Origin: the human T2T-CHM13v2.0 reference genome, Homo sapiens
Direction: 5' to 3' (one strand)
DNA: 64,000 nt
Assembly: GCF_009914755.1 (NCBI RefSeq)
Contig: NC_060947.1
The notes under the pieces: generated by a model
Databases searched by the model: none
What the model saw: only the letters and a program-made list of their open reading frames with translations
Told to the model about the DNA's origin: nothing
Shown here: positions 38,041-60,400 of the stretch, one piece after another
How the letters are laid out: every line of letters begins with the position of its first letter
Position numbering within the stretch: the stretch's first letter is position 1
Translations under genes and position numbers: made by a program

Positions 38041-38718
38041 GAAAGATATCAACTCTGGCCATATATTACAGAAAACAAAATATTATTACTTGGGTTATAA
38101 ACTATAATATGATAGAATTTAAGGAGACTTTTACTTCTGATCATGATAGAGTAGCTGATACCAGACTTGTCATAGCAGTTAAAATAACCATAAAATTGGA
38201 CAAAAATTGTGAGACATCTTTTCTCAAGCACTAAACAACAGGTAGCATGAGAGCGCAATCCTCAAAAGAAAGAGAATTCCTGATGTGAATATCATATTGG
38301 CAATAGCTTTCTTACTAGGGACAATTTTCAGATTGTAGTACATAGAACTGGAACCCAAGCAGAACATAATCGTTCCACTGAGCTCACAAGGCAGACGTCA
38401 GAGGTGTGGGTAAAGTAGCAGGAAACTGTGAGTCAAAGCACCACAGAGAAGGGATCTGCATTGAGTGGCAGAAGTCTACTGGAAGTTTCAGATCTGTCTT
38501 TGGTGAGGGGGTAAACTGTGAAGGATCAGGATGATACCATGTGAAGATAGCAACATAGGACTTACTACTCAGATGAGAGTAAATAGTTAATAGACATTAA
38601 GCAGTGTCAAGAAACATTGGTATTCTAGTCCAGTCACAGTGAAGAGACCTAACTAATAAGTACCCAGGGAATCCAGCTAAGATAAAGGAAAGGCATTGCT
38701 TAAGAAGTAAGGATGGTG

Positions 38719-41160
<2,442 letters not shown>

Positions 41161-41409
41161 ATAGAAGTAAAAATTATACCTTACACTGAGCAAGGCTTGT
41201 TTTACCAAAGGCAAGCAAGACTTGACTTACCAAAGCATAAAATAAAGTTATGACAAGACACTTGGGGAGACAATTTTTTGAGATTGAGTCTTGTCGAATT
41301 AGAAGGGCATTGGAAGAACCTTTATATGTTCAAAGGTAATACCACAGTGAAAAATCAAATCTAAACAAACACAAGGTTAAAAAATTCCTTATGTGAACAG
41401 ACTGTTTAA

Positions 41410-44771
<3,362 letters not shown>

Positions 44772-45419
44772 TTATTTCATGTTCATGGATAGGAAGACTC
44801 ATTTTACTTTAAGATGTGTGTTTTTTCCAACTAAATATAGAGATTCCATGCATCCCACTCGTAATTCTAGCACATTATTTTATGGATATTAATAAATCAA
44901 TTTTAAATGGAATGTAAATGTAGAAAGGCAAAAGACCCAATAATAGCCAGCATATCTTTGAAGGAGAACAAATTTGGAGGACTGAGACTACCTAAAATAA
45001 AGACTTACAATAAAGCAACAGTAATCAGAGAGTGTGATATTGACAAAAGCATAGACAGATCTTATTGGAAACAAATAGTGAGGCTAGAAAGATATGCATA
45101 CAAATATAATCAATTTAGCTTTGACAAGGGAACAAAGACAATGCCATGGAGAAAATATAGTCTTTTCAACAAATAATGTTAGAACAACTGGACATCCACA
45201 TACAAAAATAATGAAAGTAGAGGCAGACATTACACCTTTCATAAAAATTAACTAAAAGTAGTCTACCGACCTAAATGTAAACATAAATCTCCCAGATGTA
45301 AACATAAATGCAAAACATAAATCTCTCAGAAGATAAAATAGGAAACAAATTTAAGTGACCTTGACTTTAATGATTATATATATGATATCAAGGGCACAAT
45401 ACATAAAAATATTGATACA

Positions 45420-46328
45420 GAGGAGGAGGAGCCAAGATGGCCGAATAGGAACAGCTCCAGTCTACAGCTCCCAGCGTGAGCAACGCAGAATATGGGTGAT
45501 TTCTGCATTTCCATCTGAGGTACCAGGTTCATCTCACTAGGGAGTGCCAGACAGTGGGCACAGGTCAGTGGGTGCATGCACCATGCACGAGCCGAAGCAG
45601 GGCGAGGCATTGCCTCACTTGGGAAGCGCAAGGGGTCAGGGAGTTCCCTTTCCAAGTCAAAGAAAGGGGTGACAGATGGCACCTGGAAAATCGGGTCACT
45701 CCCAGCTGAATACTGCTCTTTTCCGACCGGCTTAAAAAATGGCGCACCACGAGATTATATCCCGCACCTGGCTCAGAGGGTCCTACGCCCACAGAGTCTC
45801 ACTGATTGCTAGCACAGCAGTCTGAGATCAAACTGCAAGGCGGCAGTGAGGCTGGGGGAGGGGCGTCTGCCATTGCCCAGGCTTGCTTAGGTAAACAAAG
45901 CAGTGGGGAAGCTCGAACTGGGTGGAGCCCACCACAGCTCAAGGAGGCCTGCCTGCCTCTGTAGGCTCCACCTCTGGGGGCAGGGCACAGACAAACAAAA
46001 AGACAGCAGTAACCTCTGCAGACTTAAATGTCCCTGTCTGACAGCTTTGAAGAGAGCAGCGGTTCTCCCAGCAAGCAGCTGGAGATCTGAGAACGGGCAG
46101 ACTGCCTCCTCAAGTGGGTCCCTGACCCCTGACCCCTGAGCAGCCTAACTGGGAGGCACCCCCCAGCAGGGGCACACTGACACCTCACAGAGCAGGGTAT
46201 TCCAACAGACCTGCAGCTGAGGGTCCTGTCTGTTAGAAGGAAAACTAACAAACAGAAAGGACATCCACACCAAAAACCCATCTGTACATCACCATCATCA
46301 AAGACCAAAAGTAGATAAAACCACAAAG
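45420..46328 (+). promoter_or_regulatory. L1 5'UTR: internal sense promoter with intact YY1 site, plus antisense promoter
   Basis: CAAGATGGCCG at ~45433; CpG-rich 909-nt UTR; promoter activities are established for L1HS/L1PA2. Confidence 0.85.
45565..45873 (-). pseudogene. L1 ORF0, disrupted
   Basis: ATG at 45873 reads MADAPPPASLPPCSLISDCCASNQ*DSVGVGPSEPG; TGA at codon 25 (45801-45799). Confidence 0.85.
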
Positions 46329-47345
46329 ATGGGGAAAAAACAGAACAGAAAAACTGGAAACTCTAAAAAGCAGAGCGCCTGTCCTCCTCCAAAGGAACGC
46401 AGTTCCTCACCAGCAACAGAACAAAGCTGGATGGAGAATGACTTTGACGAGCTGAGAGAAGAAGGCTTCAGACGATCAAATTACTCTGAGCTACGGGAGG
46501 ACATTCAAACCAAAGGCAAAGAAGTTGAAAACTTTGAAAAAAATTTAGAAGAACGTATAACTAGAATAACCAATACAGAGAAGTGCTTAAAGGAGCTGAT
46601 GGAGCTGAAAACCAAGGCTCGAGATCTACGTGAAGCATGCAGAAGCCTCAGGAGCCAATGCGATCAACTGGAAGAAAGGGTATCAGCAATGGAAGATGAA
46701 ATGAATGAAATGAAGCGAGAAGGGAAGTTCAGAGAAAAAAGAATAAAAAGAAATGAGCAAAGCCTCCAAGAAATATGGGACTATGTGAAAAGACCAAATC
46801 TACGTCTGATTGGTGTACCTGAAAGTGATGGGGAGAATGGAACCAAGTTGGAAAACACTCTGCAGGATATTATCCAGGAGAACTTCCCCAATCTAGCAAG
46901 GCAGGCCAAAGTTCAGATTCAGGAAATACAGAGAACGCCACAAAGATACTCCTCGAGAAGAGCAACTCCAAGACACATAATTGTCAGATTCACCAAAGTT
47001 GAAATGAAGGAAAAAATGTTAAGAGCAGCCAGAGAGAAAGGTCGGGTTACCCTCAAAGTGAAGCCTATCAGACTAACAGCAGATCTCTCGGCAGAAACCC
47101 TACAAGCCAGAAGAGAGTGGGGGCCAATATTCAACATTCTTAAAGAAAAGAATTTTCAACCCAGAATTTCATATCCAGACAAACTAAGCTTCATAAGTGA
47201 AGGAGAAATAAAATGCTTTACAGACAAGCAAATGTTGAGAGATTTTGTCACCACCAGGCCTGCCCTAAAAGAGCTCCTGAAGGAAGTGCTAAACATGGAA
47301 AGGAACAACCGGTACCAGCCACTGCAAAATCATGCCAAAATGTAA
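46329..47345 (+). CDS. LINE-1 ORF1p RNA-binding protein / nucleic acid chaperone, 338 aa, open
   Basis: MGKKQNRKTGNSK...REKG...ARR...NHAKM; canonical length. Confidence 0.97.
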   Translation: MGKKQNRKTGNSKKQSACPPPKERSSSPATEQSWMENDFDELREEGFRRSNYSELREDIQTKGKEVENFEKNLEERITRITNTEKCLKELMELKTKARDLREACRSLRSQCDQLEERVSAMEDEMNEMKREGKFREKRIKRNEQSLQEIWDYVKRPNLRLIGVPESDGENGTKLENTLQDIIQENFPNLARQAKVQIQEIQRTPQRYSSRRATPRHIIVRFTKVEMKEKMLRAAREKGRVTLKVKPIRLTADLSAETLQARREWGPIFNILKEKNFQPRISYPDKLSFISEGEIKCFTDKQMLRDFVTTRPALKELLKEVLNMERNNRYQPLQNHAKM

Positions 47346-47381
47346 AGACCATCGAGACTAGGAAGAAACTGCATCAACTAA

Positions 47382-51237
<3,856 letters not shown>

Positions 51238-51280
51238 ACAATGAGATCACATGGACACAGGAAGGGGAATATCACACTCT

Positions 51281-51310
51281 GGGGACTGTAGTGGGGTGGG
51301 GGGAGGGGGG
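51281..51310 (+). other. G-quadruplex-forming tract in the L1 3'UTR
   Basis: GGGGactgtagtGGGGtGGGGGGaGGGGGG. Confidence 0.7.
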
Positions 51311-52193
51311 ACGGATAGCATTGGGAGATATACCTAATGCTACATGACGAGTTAGTGGGTGCAGCGCACCAGGATGGCACATGTATACATATGTAACTAA
51401 CCTGCACAATGTGCACATGTACCCTAAAACTTAAAGTATAATTAAAAAAAAAACTAGAAAAAAAATATTGATACACTGTACTTCATTGAAATTAAAGATT
51501 TCTGCTCTTTGAAAGACATTCAGGAGAATGAGAAGAGAAGACAAAGGCCAGGATAAACTTTATGTATATATAATATATAATTAGTTATATATGTTATTTA
51601 TATATAATATATATAAATGGACTGCTTTCAAAATATATGGAGCTATTAAAACTCAAATATAATAAAACAATTAAAAATGGACAAAAATCTGAACAAATAC
51701 CTCACCAAAGAAAATATACAGAAGGCAAATAAGTATATATGTCATTACATAATTGAGTTAAAATGACAATTAGATAGCAGTACATGTCTGCTAAAATGGC
51801 TAAAACGAAAACACACCAAATGCTGGTGAGTATGCGTGCCACAGAAACTCTCATCTGCTGCTGGTGGGAATATAAAATGATATAATTTAATTGTAATTGC
51901 TAAAATGTGATAGCATGTAAAATGTTTAAAAGGTGGATGTAAACAAACAAATGGTATACCATACAATGGAGTACTATTTAGTACTAAGAATAAATGAGGT
52001 ATCAAGCCTTGAAAATTCATGAAGGAAACCTTGAAAGCACATTGCTAAGTGACAAACCAAACTGAAGACGCAAGTTTCTCCATGATTTCAACTATATGGC
52101 ATCAAGAAAAGGTAAAATTATGGAGACAGTAAAAAGTTTAGTGGTTTCCTACTTCTTTTTCCTAAAGGGAAAGAGAGGCAGGGATAAACGGAT

Positions 52194-52431
52194 GGAGAGC
52201 AGGGAATTCTTAGGGCAGTGAAACTATTTTGTATGTTACTTTAATAACAGATACATGTCATTACACATTCTTCAAAATCCATAGAATGTACAACAGAAAG
52301 AATGAACCCAAATGGAAGGAGAGCAGGGAATTCTTAGGGCAGTGAAATATTTTGTATGTTAATTTAATAATGGATACACGTCATTACACATTCTTCAATA
52401 TCCATAGAATGTACAACAAAAAGAATGAACC
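52194..52431 (+). repeat. Tandem duplication, period 124 bp, in the L1MC 3'UTR
   Basis: ggagagcagggaattcttagggcagtgaaa...agaatgaacc at 52194-52308 and 52318-52431. Confidence 0.95.
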
Positions 52432-54291
52432 TTAATGTAAACTGTGGACTTTAGTCATAAGAATGTATTAATATCTGTTCATAAATTATAACAAATATAC
52501 CACACTAATACAGGATGTAAATAATACAGAAAAATGTGTGTGGGGGTGGGGAGAGGGTTACCTGAGAACTATTTGTATTTTCTGATCAATTTTTCCGTAA
52601 ATCTACACTTTTCTTAAAACTGAAGTTTATTAACATTAAATGTCACTAGACATAAGGAGAAACATGAAAATGTGAGTTAGAGCCAAGAATAAAAGCAGTA
52701 AACAGAAAATGACCGCATAGTATTCTATGCTGGATTTCGCTTACAGAAGTTCCATTTTGGATCTAGTTGACAAAGACTTTTAAAGTAATTATAAATATGT
52801 TTAGAAACTTCAAGCAATTTTTCATCATAATGAATGACTAATGGACCATTTTAGGAAAGAAATAGAACTATATAAAAGGATCAAGGTGAAATTCTAGATT
52901 TGAAAAAATGTAGTCACAAATAAAAAATTTCACTTGAAAAATTCAGACATTGGGAAATAGAATGGGGCAGGGACCATAAAAATAAAATTATTATAATTAT
53001 GCAATTTTAAAACCTGAGAGAGAAAAAAATAAAAATTAATAAAAGAGTTGGGGAGAAAAATATTTTAAGTAGTGACTGATATTTTCCAATATTTAGTGAA
53101 AGACAAATATACAACTTCAGGAAGCTATGCATATCCAGTTTATTCAAATACAAGGAAAATCAGTTAGTCAAAACATGGTCAAACAGCTAAAAACCAAAGA
53201 TAAAGATAAAATCTTGAAAGCAGCCAGAGGAAGACAAGACTCACATATATTTTCATGAGCAAAAATGGCTAAAGAAAACCATTGTAATTCATACCATTAA
53301 GACTACAGAGAAATAAAAACAACAACCTATTGATATATGAAGCAACTTGGATGGATCTCAATGGTGGGGGTTGTGCCATAAAAGAGTAGCATGAGAGATC
53401 ATTATAGTGATGGAAGTATTGTGGATCTCAATTGTGATAGTTGTCACATGAATCTACACATAAGTAAAATTGCATAGAAATAAATACAGACACACAAAGA
53501 AGTGCATGCAAAACTGGTGATATCTGAATAAATTTGGTGGATTATATCAATGTCAATATCCACATTGTAATATTGTACTTTAGATACGCAAGCCATTTTT
53601 ATTAGGGAAAACTGGGTTAAAAGGTACAAGTGAACTTTCTGTTCTATTTCCTACAACTGTATGTGAAACTACAATTATCTAAAAAAACAACCAAATACAT
53701 GTAGGAAAAATAGACAGAAATAAAGAAATAGTCAAATCTATAGTAACAGCTGTAGATTTTAACGCCTCCTCCAAGTAATGTGTAGTTGGCATTTACACAA
53801 TATTATGACAATAATTTAAAATTACACATTTTTGTAATGTGCATATGAACCATTTACAAAGTTGGATCTTATGCCATTTTACTTAAATATCAATGTTTTG
53901 AAAGTTCATAATCATACTGTGCATCTTTTTCTTTAAAAATGAAATAAATTAGAAATACTTTTAAGATATCTAGAAAATCAACAAGTATTTTGAAATCACA
54001 TAAAACATAATTAGATGTCTCCTAAATTTAAAAAGATATCCCAATGGAAATTAAAAAATATTTTGAACAAAATGACAATGAAAACACATGTCAAAATTGG
54101 AGAGATGCAGTTTAAAGCAGTGTTTAATGGAATTTTTATAGCTTTTCATCCTATATTAATATTGAAAATTACAATATGTTTGATTTAGAATTTCATCATA
54201 AGAATCTAGCAAACATACGAGCAAATTAAGCCTAAAGTGTAAGGAAATTAGTCATGAAGAGCATAAATCAATAAAACAGAAAACACACTAT

Positions 54292-54430
54292 TTCTTTGAA
54301 TGTCTGGTAGAATTCTGCTGTGAATCCATCTGGTCCTGAACTTTTTTTTTTGTTGGTAATTTTTTAATTGGTATCAATCCTTTTGACACTATTCCACAAG
54401 ATAGAGAAAGAAGAAACCCTTCCTAATTCA
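54292..54430. mobile_element. Tiny internally inverted L1PB-like ORF2 fragment
   Basis: 54292-54369 is antisense ([12 protein letters not shown] region); 54366-54430 is its sense continuation. Confidence 0.8.
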
Positions 54431-54434
54431 AAGA

Positions 54435-54655
54435 AAGCGAAAGTAGGGTAATAATTATTAGGGGCTGGGTGAAGTGGGAAGTTGCAAATTATCGTTTAAT
54501 TGGGTACAAGTTTCAGTTTAGAATGATGAATAAGTTCTGGAGGTGGATAGTGATTAAGTGCATTCCATGTGAATGCACTGAGTGCCACTGAATTGTACAC
54601 TTCAAGGTGGTTACAACTGTGAATTTTATTTCATGTATATTTCATATACTAAAAA
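54435..54655 (+). mobile_element. L1MB-like 3' terminus
   Basis: gggtacaagtttcagtt...gccactgaattgtacactt...ggtt. Confidence 0.75.
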
Positions 54656-55226
54656 ACTATATGATATATGAAAACAAAAATGGTAAAATAGCTATGTCCA
54701 ATTATAAGTGTCATGGCTGACTTTTTAAAGGATGAGAATCATATTTTTCTTTATCTGTAAAGGAAAAAACATTATTTCTCAGAAAAAATAAAATCTATAA
54801 TGATACTTTTTATGAAAACTCACAAGTTAATCTATTTAGATGTTTCTTCGATAAGAAAATTAAAATTGTTATTGATTAGTTATTTTGATATATGCAAAAT
54901 CTTGCCATCACCTGGGGCTTTCAGTTGAGTGAGAAATAAATGATAGGCTTTTGATCTACTGTTTGATGCAAAAGAAAAACCTAAAACATATTAAAAGCAA
55001 TGGAATCAAATTCATAGAAAAAAGATAAATAGGAGGAAGCAAGGTAAGATGGAAAATAGTAACCTCTACCAATTTTCCTCCACACAGGGGCACCAAATTA
55101 AGCAACTATCCACACACAAAAAAACACCTTAATAAAAATCAAAAATCAGGTATGCAATAACAGTACCTGCCTTTAACTTTATATATTTTTTAAAAAGAGC
55201 CACTGAATAAGGTAGAAAAGGCAATC

Positions 55227-55521
55227 TTTTTTTTTTTTGAGACAAGGTCTCCCTCTGTCACAGGCTGGAATGCAGTCATGCAATCTAGTGTCACTACATC
55301 CTTGACCTCCTGGGCTCAAGTGATCCTCCCACTTCAGCCTCCTGAGTAGCTGGGACTATAGGCCAAAATCACCACAGTAAGCTACTTTTTTTCTTTTTTT
55401 ATAGAGAAAGGGTTTTCTGCTGTGTTGCCCAGGCTCATCTCAAACTCCTGGGTTAAAGTGACCCACCCATTTTAGCCTCCCAAAGTGCTAGGACTACAGG
55501 CATGGGCCACTATGCTTGGGC
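55227..55521 (-). mobile_element. AluJ
   Basis: gggctcaagtgatcctcccac.tcagcc (J-type); diverged; degenerate TSD. Confidence 0.92.
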
Positions 55522-57432
55522 AGAATAGCGAGTCTTGATTTACCATCACCACTCCTCTCCCATTCCTTGCAGCAGCCACGTGGCATGGAGAAATAACATT
55601 TGCGCTGGAGGAGGGAGACTGCAGTGATTATGGGACTTTGCATTGGAACTCAGTGCTTCCCTGTCACAGCGGAAAGCAACAACAGGCAGAACTCAGCCAG
55701 CATCTCTAGAGAGTACTTAGACCTGCCCTAGCCAGAGGGGAATTGCCTATGCCAGTAGTAGAAACCTGAGTTCCACCTAGTGAGACATCAATGCAAGCAG
55801 CCAAGTCAGTGCTTGTGCCACTGCTCCCCCAACCCCAGAAAGTGCAGCTTGCAGGTCCAAGAGAGACTTTTTCTTTGCTGGAAGAGAGTAGTGTGAAGAG
55901 TAAAGAAAACTTTATCTTGCAACTTGGATACCAGCTCAACCACAGAAAGATAGAGCACCTGCCAGGTCCTGAGGCTCCTATTCCAGGCCCTAGCACCTGG
56001 ATGACATTTCTAAATACACCCTGGACCAGAGGTGAACCTGCTACCTAGAAGGGAAGCACTCATTCCTGACAGGATTCATCACATACTGACTAAACAGCCT
56101 ATGGACCATGAATAATTAGCAGTGGTACCCAGGCAGTACCCACCTTGAGCCTTGGATGAGACTTCGAGACTTGCTGGTTTCAGATGTGAACCAGCACATC
56201 CCCAGGTATGGTAACAATAGAAAGGGGTTCCTTCTGCTTGAGAAAAGGAGAGGAAATAGTAAAGGGGACTTTATTATGAAGCTTAGCTACCAGCTCAGCC
56301 ACCCTGGAGTAGAGCACCAAGTGGGTTCTTATGGTCCTGGATGCCAGGCCTTGGCTCTTGGATGGCATTTCTGGATCTGGCCTCAGTCCGAGGGGAAACC
56401 ATGGTCCTAAAGGGAGAGTTCCAGACCTGATAACATTCACCACAAGCTGACCGAAGAGGCCCTTGAGGCTTGAATGAACATTGGTGGTAGCCAGACAGTA
56501 CTCACCATAGGCCTTGAATGATAGTGGTTATGGAGAGACTCCTCTGCTTGAGGAAAGGGGAGGGAAGAGTGGTAATGATTATGTCTTGTGGCTTGGATGC
56601 CAGCTCAGTTGCAGTAGAATAGAACCCAGGTAGATTCTCAAGGTTTCTAATTTCAGGCCCTGGCCCCTGTACGGCATCTCTGCACCAGCCCGGAACCAGA
56701 AGGAACTTGCCAACGTGAAGGGAAACAAGAGTGGCTAGCTTTACCACCTGCTTATTGTAGAACACTAGGGCCTTGAGGAAACATAAACAGTAGCTAGACA
56801 GTTGTTACTATGGGCCTTGGGTAAGACTCAGTACTGTATTGGCTTCACGTCTAACCCAGAGTATTCCTAGTGGTGATGGTCATTGGGTGCTTGCTTCACC
56901 CCTCCACCAGCTGTAGGCAACTGAGTACAGAGTGAGAGTCTAGGTTTGAAGGAAAGTTAAAAAAAAAAAAAAAAGCAATAGTCTCTGGTAAACTAAAAAA
57001 AAAATCTGTAAGAGCCACAGTGCTATTGTGCTTGGGATACCCCTTAAAGCAGATATGACTGCAGTGACTATAGATTTAGATTACAACACCCAAGTCTTTT
57101 TGAATGCTTGGAAAGGCTTCCCAAGAAGGATGGTTATAAACAAGCCCAGACTATGAAAACTACAATAAATACCTAACTTTCCTACACTAAGACACCAATA
57201 AACATGCACAAGCATCAAGGTGATCTGGGAAAACATGGCTTCACCAAATAAACTAAATAATGCAACAAATATCTATTTTGGAAAAAAAAAGAGGTATGTT
57301 ACCTTTAAGATATAGAACGCAAAATGGCATTTTCAGAAAACTCAAAGAAATTCAAGATAACACAGAAGAAATTCAGAATCCTATCACATAAATATAACAA
57401 AAAATTGAAATAATTTAAAAGAATCAGATAGA

Positions 57433-60400
57433 TTCTTGGGAAAAATGGTCAAATAGGAACAGCTCCAGTCTGGAGCTCCCAGTGAGACCAATGCAGAAGG
57501 TGATTGATTTCTCATTTCCAACTGAGGTACCCAGCTCATCTCATTGGGACTGGTTAGACAGTGGGTGCAGCCCACGGAGGGCAAGCAGAAGCAGGGTGGG
57601 GTGTCTCCTCACCCGGGAAGCTCAAGGGGTCAGGGAATTCCCTCCCCTAGCCAAGGGAAGTCATGGGTGAGGGATGGTGCTATCTGACCCAGATACTAGG
57701 CTTTTCCTACTGCCTTTGCAACCCACAGACCAGGAGATTCCCTCCGATGCCTACACCATCAGGGCCCTGGGTTTCAAGCACAAAACTGGGTGGGCATTTG
57801 GGCAGACACCAAGCTAGCTGCAGGAGTTTTTATTCATACCACTGTGGCACCTGGAATGACAGTGAGACCGAACAATTCACTCCCCTGGAAAGGGGGCTGA
57901 AGCCAGGGAGCCGAGTGGTCTTGCTCGGCAGATCCCACCCCCATGGAACCCAACAAACTAAGATCCACTGGCTTGAAATTCTCACTGCCAGCACATCAGT
58001 CTGAAGTCAACCTGGGATGCTCGACCTGGGTGGGGGAAGGGGTGTCTGCCATTATAGGAGCTTCAGTAGGCAGTGTTCCCCTCATAGTGTAAACAAAGGC
58101 ACCTGAAAGTTCGGACTGGGCAGAGCCCACAACAGCACCACAAAGCTGCAGTAGCCAGACTGTCTCTCTAGATTCCTCCTCTCTGGGCAGGGCATCTCTG
58201 AAAGAAAGGCAACAGCCCCAGTCAGGAGCTTATAGATAAAACTCCCATCTCCCTGGGACAGAGCACCTGGGGGAAGGGGTGGCTGTGGGCACATTTTCAG
58301 CAGACTTAAGTGTTCCTGCCTGCTGGCTCTGAAGAGAGCAGCAGATCTCCCAGCACAGCGCTTGAGCTCTGCTAAAGGACAGATTGCCTCTTCCAGTGGG
58401 TTCCTAACACCTGTGCCTCCTGATTGGAAGACACTTCCCAGCAGGGGTTGACAGACACCTCATACAGGAGAGCTCTGGCTGGCATCTAGCAAGTGCCCCT
58501 CTGGGATGAAGCTTCCAGAGGAAAGAGCAAGCAGCAATCTTTGGTTGCTGGTGATACCCAGGCAAACAGGTCAGGAGTTGACCTCCACCAAGCTCCAGCA
58601 GACCTGTAGCAGAGGAGTCTGACTCTTAGAAGGAAAACTAACAAACATAAAGCAATAGCATCAACATCAACAAAAAGGATGGCCACAAAAACCCCATCCA
58701 AAGGCCACCAACATCAAAGGCCAAAGGTAGATAAATCCACGAAGATGAGCAAAAAACAGTGCAAAATGGCTGAAAATTCCAAAACCAGAATGCCTCTTCT
58801 CCTAAAAAGGATCACAACACCACCTGAGCAAGGGAACAAAACTGGATGGCGAATGAGTTTGACAAATTGACAGAAGTAGGCTTCAGAAGGTGGGTAATAA
58901 CAAACTCTTCCAAGCTAAAGGAGCATGTTCTAACCCAATGCAAGCAAGCTAAGACCCTTGATAAAAGGATACAGGAAATGCTAACTAGAATAACCAGTTT
59001 AGAGAAGAACATAAATGACCTAATGGAGCTGAAAAACACAGCACAAGAACTTCATGAAGCATACACAAGTATCAATAGCTGAATCAATCAAGCAGAAGAA
59101 AGGATATCAGAGATTAAAGATCAACTTAGTGAAATAAAGCATGAAGACAAGATTAGAGAAAAAAGCATGAAAAGGAAGAAAGCCTCCTAGAAATATGGAA
59201 CTATGTGAAAAGACCAAACCTATGTTTGATTGGTGTGCCTGAAAGTGATGGGGAAAATGGAACCTGGTTGGAAAACACACTTAAGGATGTTATCCAGGAG
59301 AACTTCCCCAACCTAGCAAGACAGGCTAACATTCAAATTCAGGAAATACAGAGATCATCACAAAGATACTCCTCAAGAAGAGCAACCCCAAGACACATTA
59401 TCATCAAATTCACCACTGTTGAAATGAAGGAAAAAATGTTAAGGGCACCCAGAGAGAAAGGTTGGGTTACTCACAAAGGGAAGCCCATCAGACTAACAGT
59501 GGATCTCTCTGCAGAAACCCTACAAACCAGAAGAGAGTGGGGACCAATATTCAACATTCTTAAAGAAAAGAATTTTCAAACCAGAATTTTATATCCAGCC
59601 AAACTAAGCTGCATAAGTGAAGGAGAAATAAAATGCTGTACAGACAAGCAAATGCTGAGAGATTCTGTCACCACCAGGCCCGCCTCACAAAAGCTCCTGA
59701 AGGAAGCACAAAATATGGGAAGGAAAAACCGGTACCAGTCACTGCAAAAACATACCACAATGTAAAGACCATTGACACTATAAAGAAACTGCACCAACTA
59801 ATGGGCAAAATAACAAGCTAGCATCATAATGATAGGATCTGATTCACACATAACAATATTAACCTTAAATGTAAATGGGCTAAATGACCCAATTAAAAGA
59901 CACAGACTGGCAAATTGGATAAAGAGTAAAGACCCATCAGTGTGCTGTATTCAGGAGACACATCTCACTTGCAAAGACACACATAGGCTCAAAATAAAGG
60001 GATGGAGGAAGATTTACCAAGCAAATGGGAAGAAAAAGAAAATCAGAGGTTACAATCCTAATCTTTGTTAAAACATATTTTAAACCAACAAAGATCAAAA
60101 AAATACAAAGAAGGGCATTATACAATAGTAAAGGGATCAATGCAAAAAGAAGAGCTAACTATCCTAAATATATATGCACCCAATACAGGAACACCCAGAT
60201 TCATAAAGCAAGTTCTTAGAGACCTACAAAGAGACTTAGACTCCCACACAATAATAGTGAGAGACTTTAACACCCCACTGTCAATATTAGACAGATCAAC
60301 AAGAGAGAAAATTAGTGCAATCAAATTAGAATTCAGGATTAAGAAACTCCCTCAAAAACGCATGACTACATGGAAACTGAACAACTTGCTCCAAAATGAC

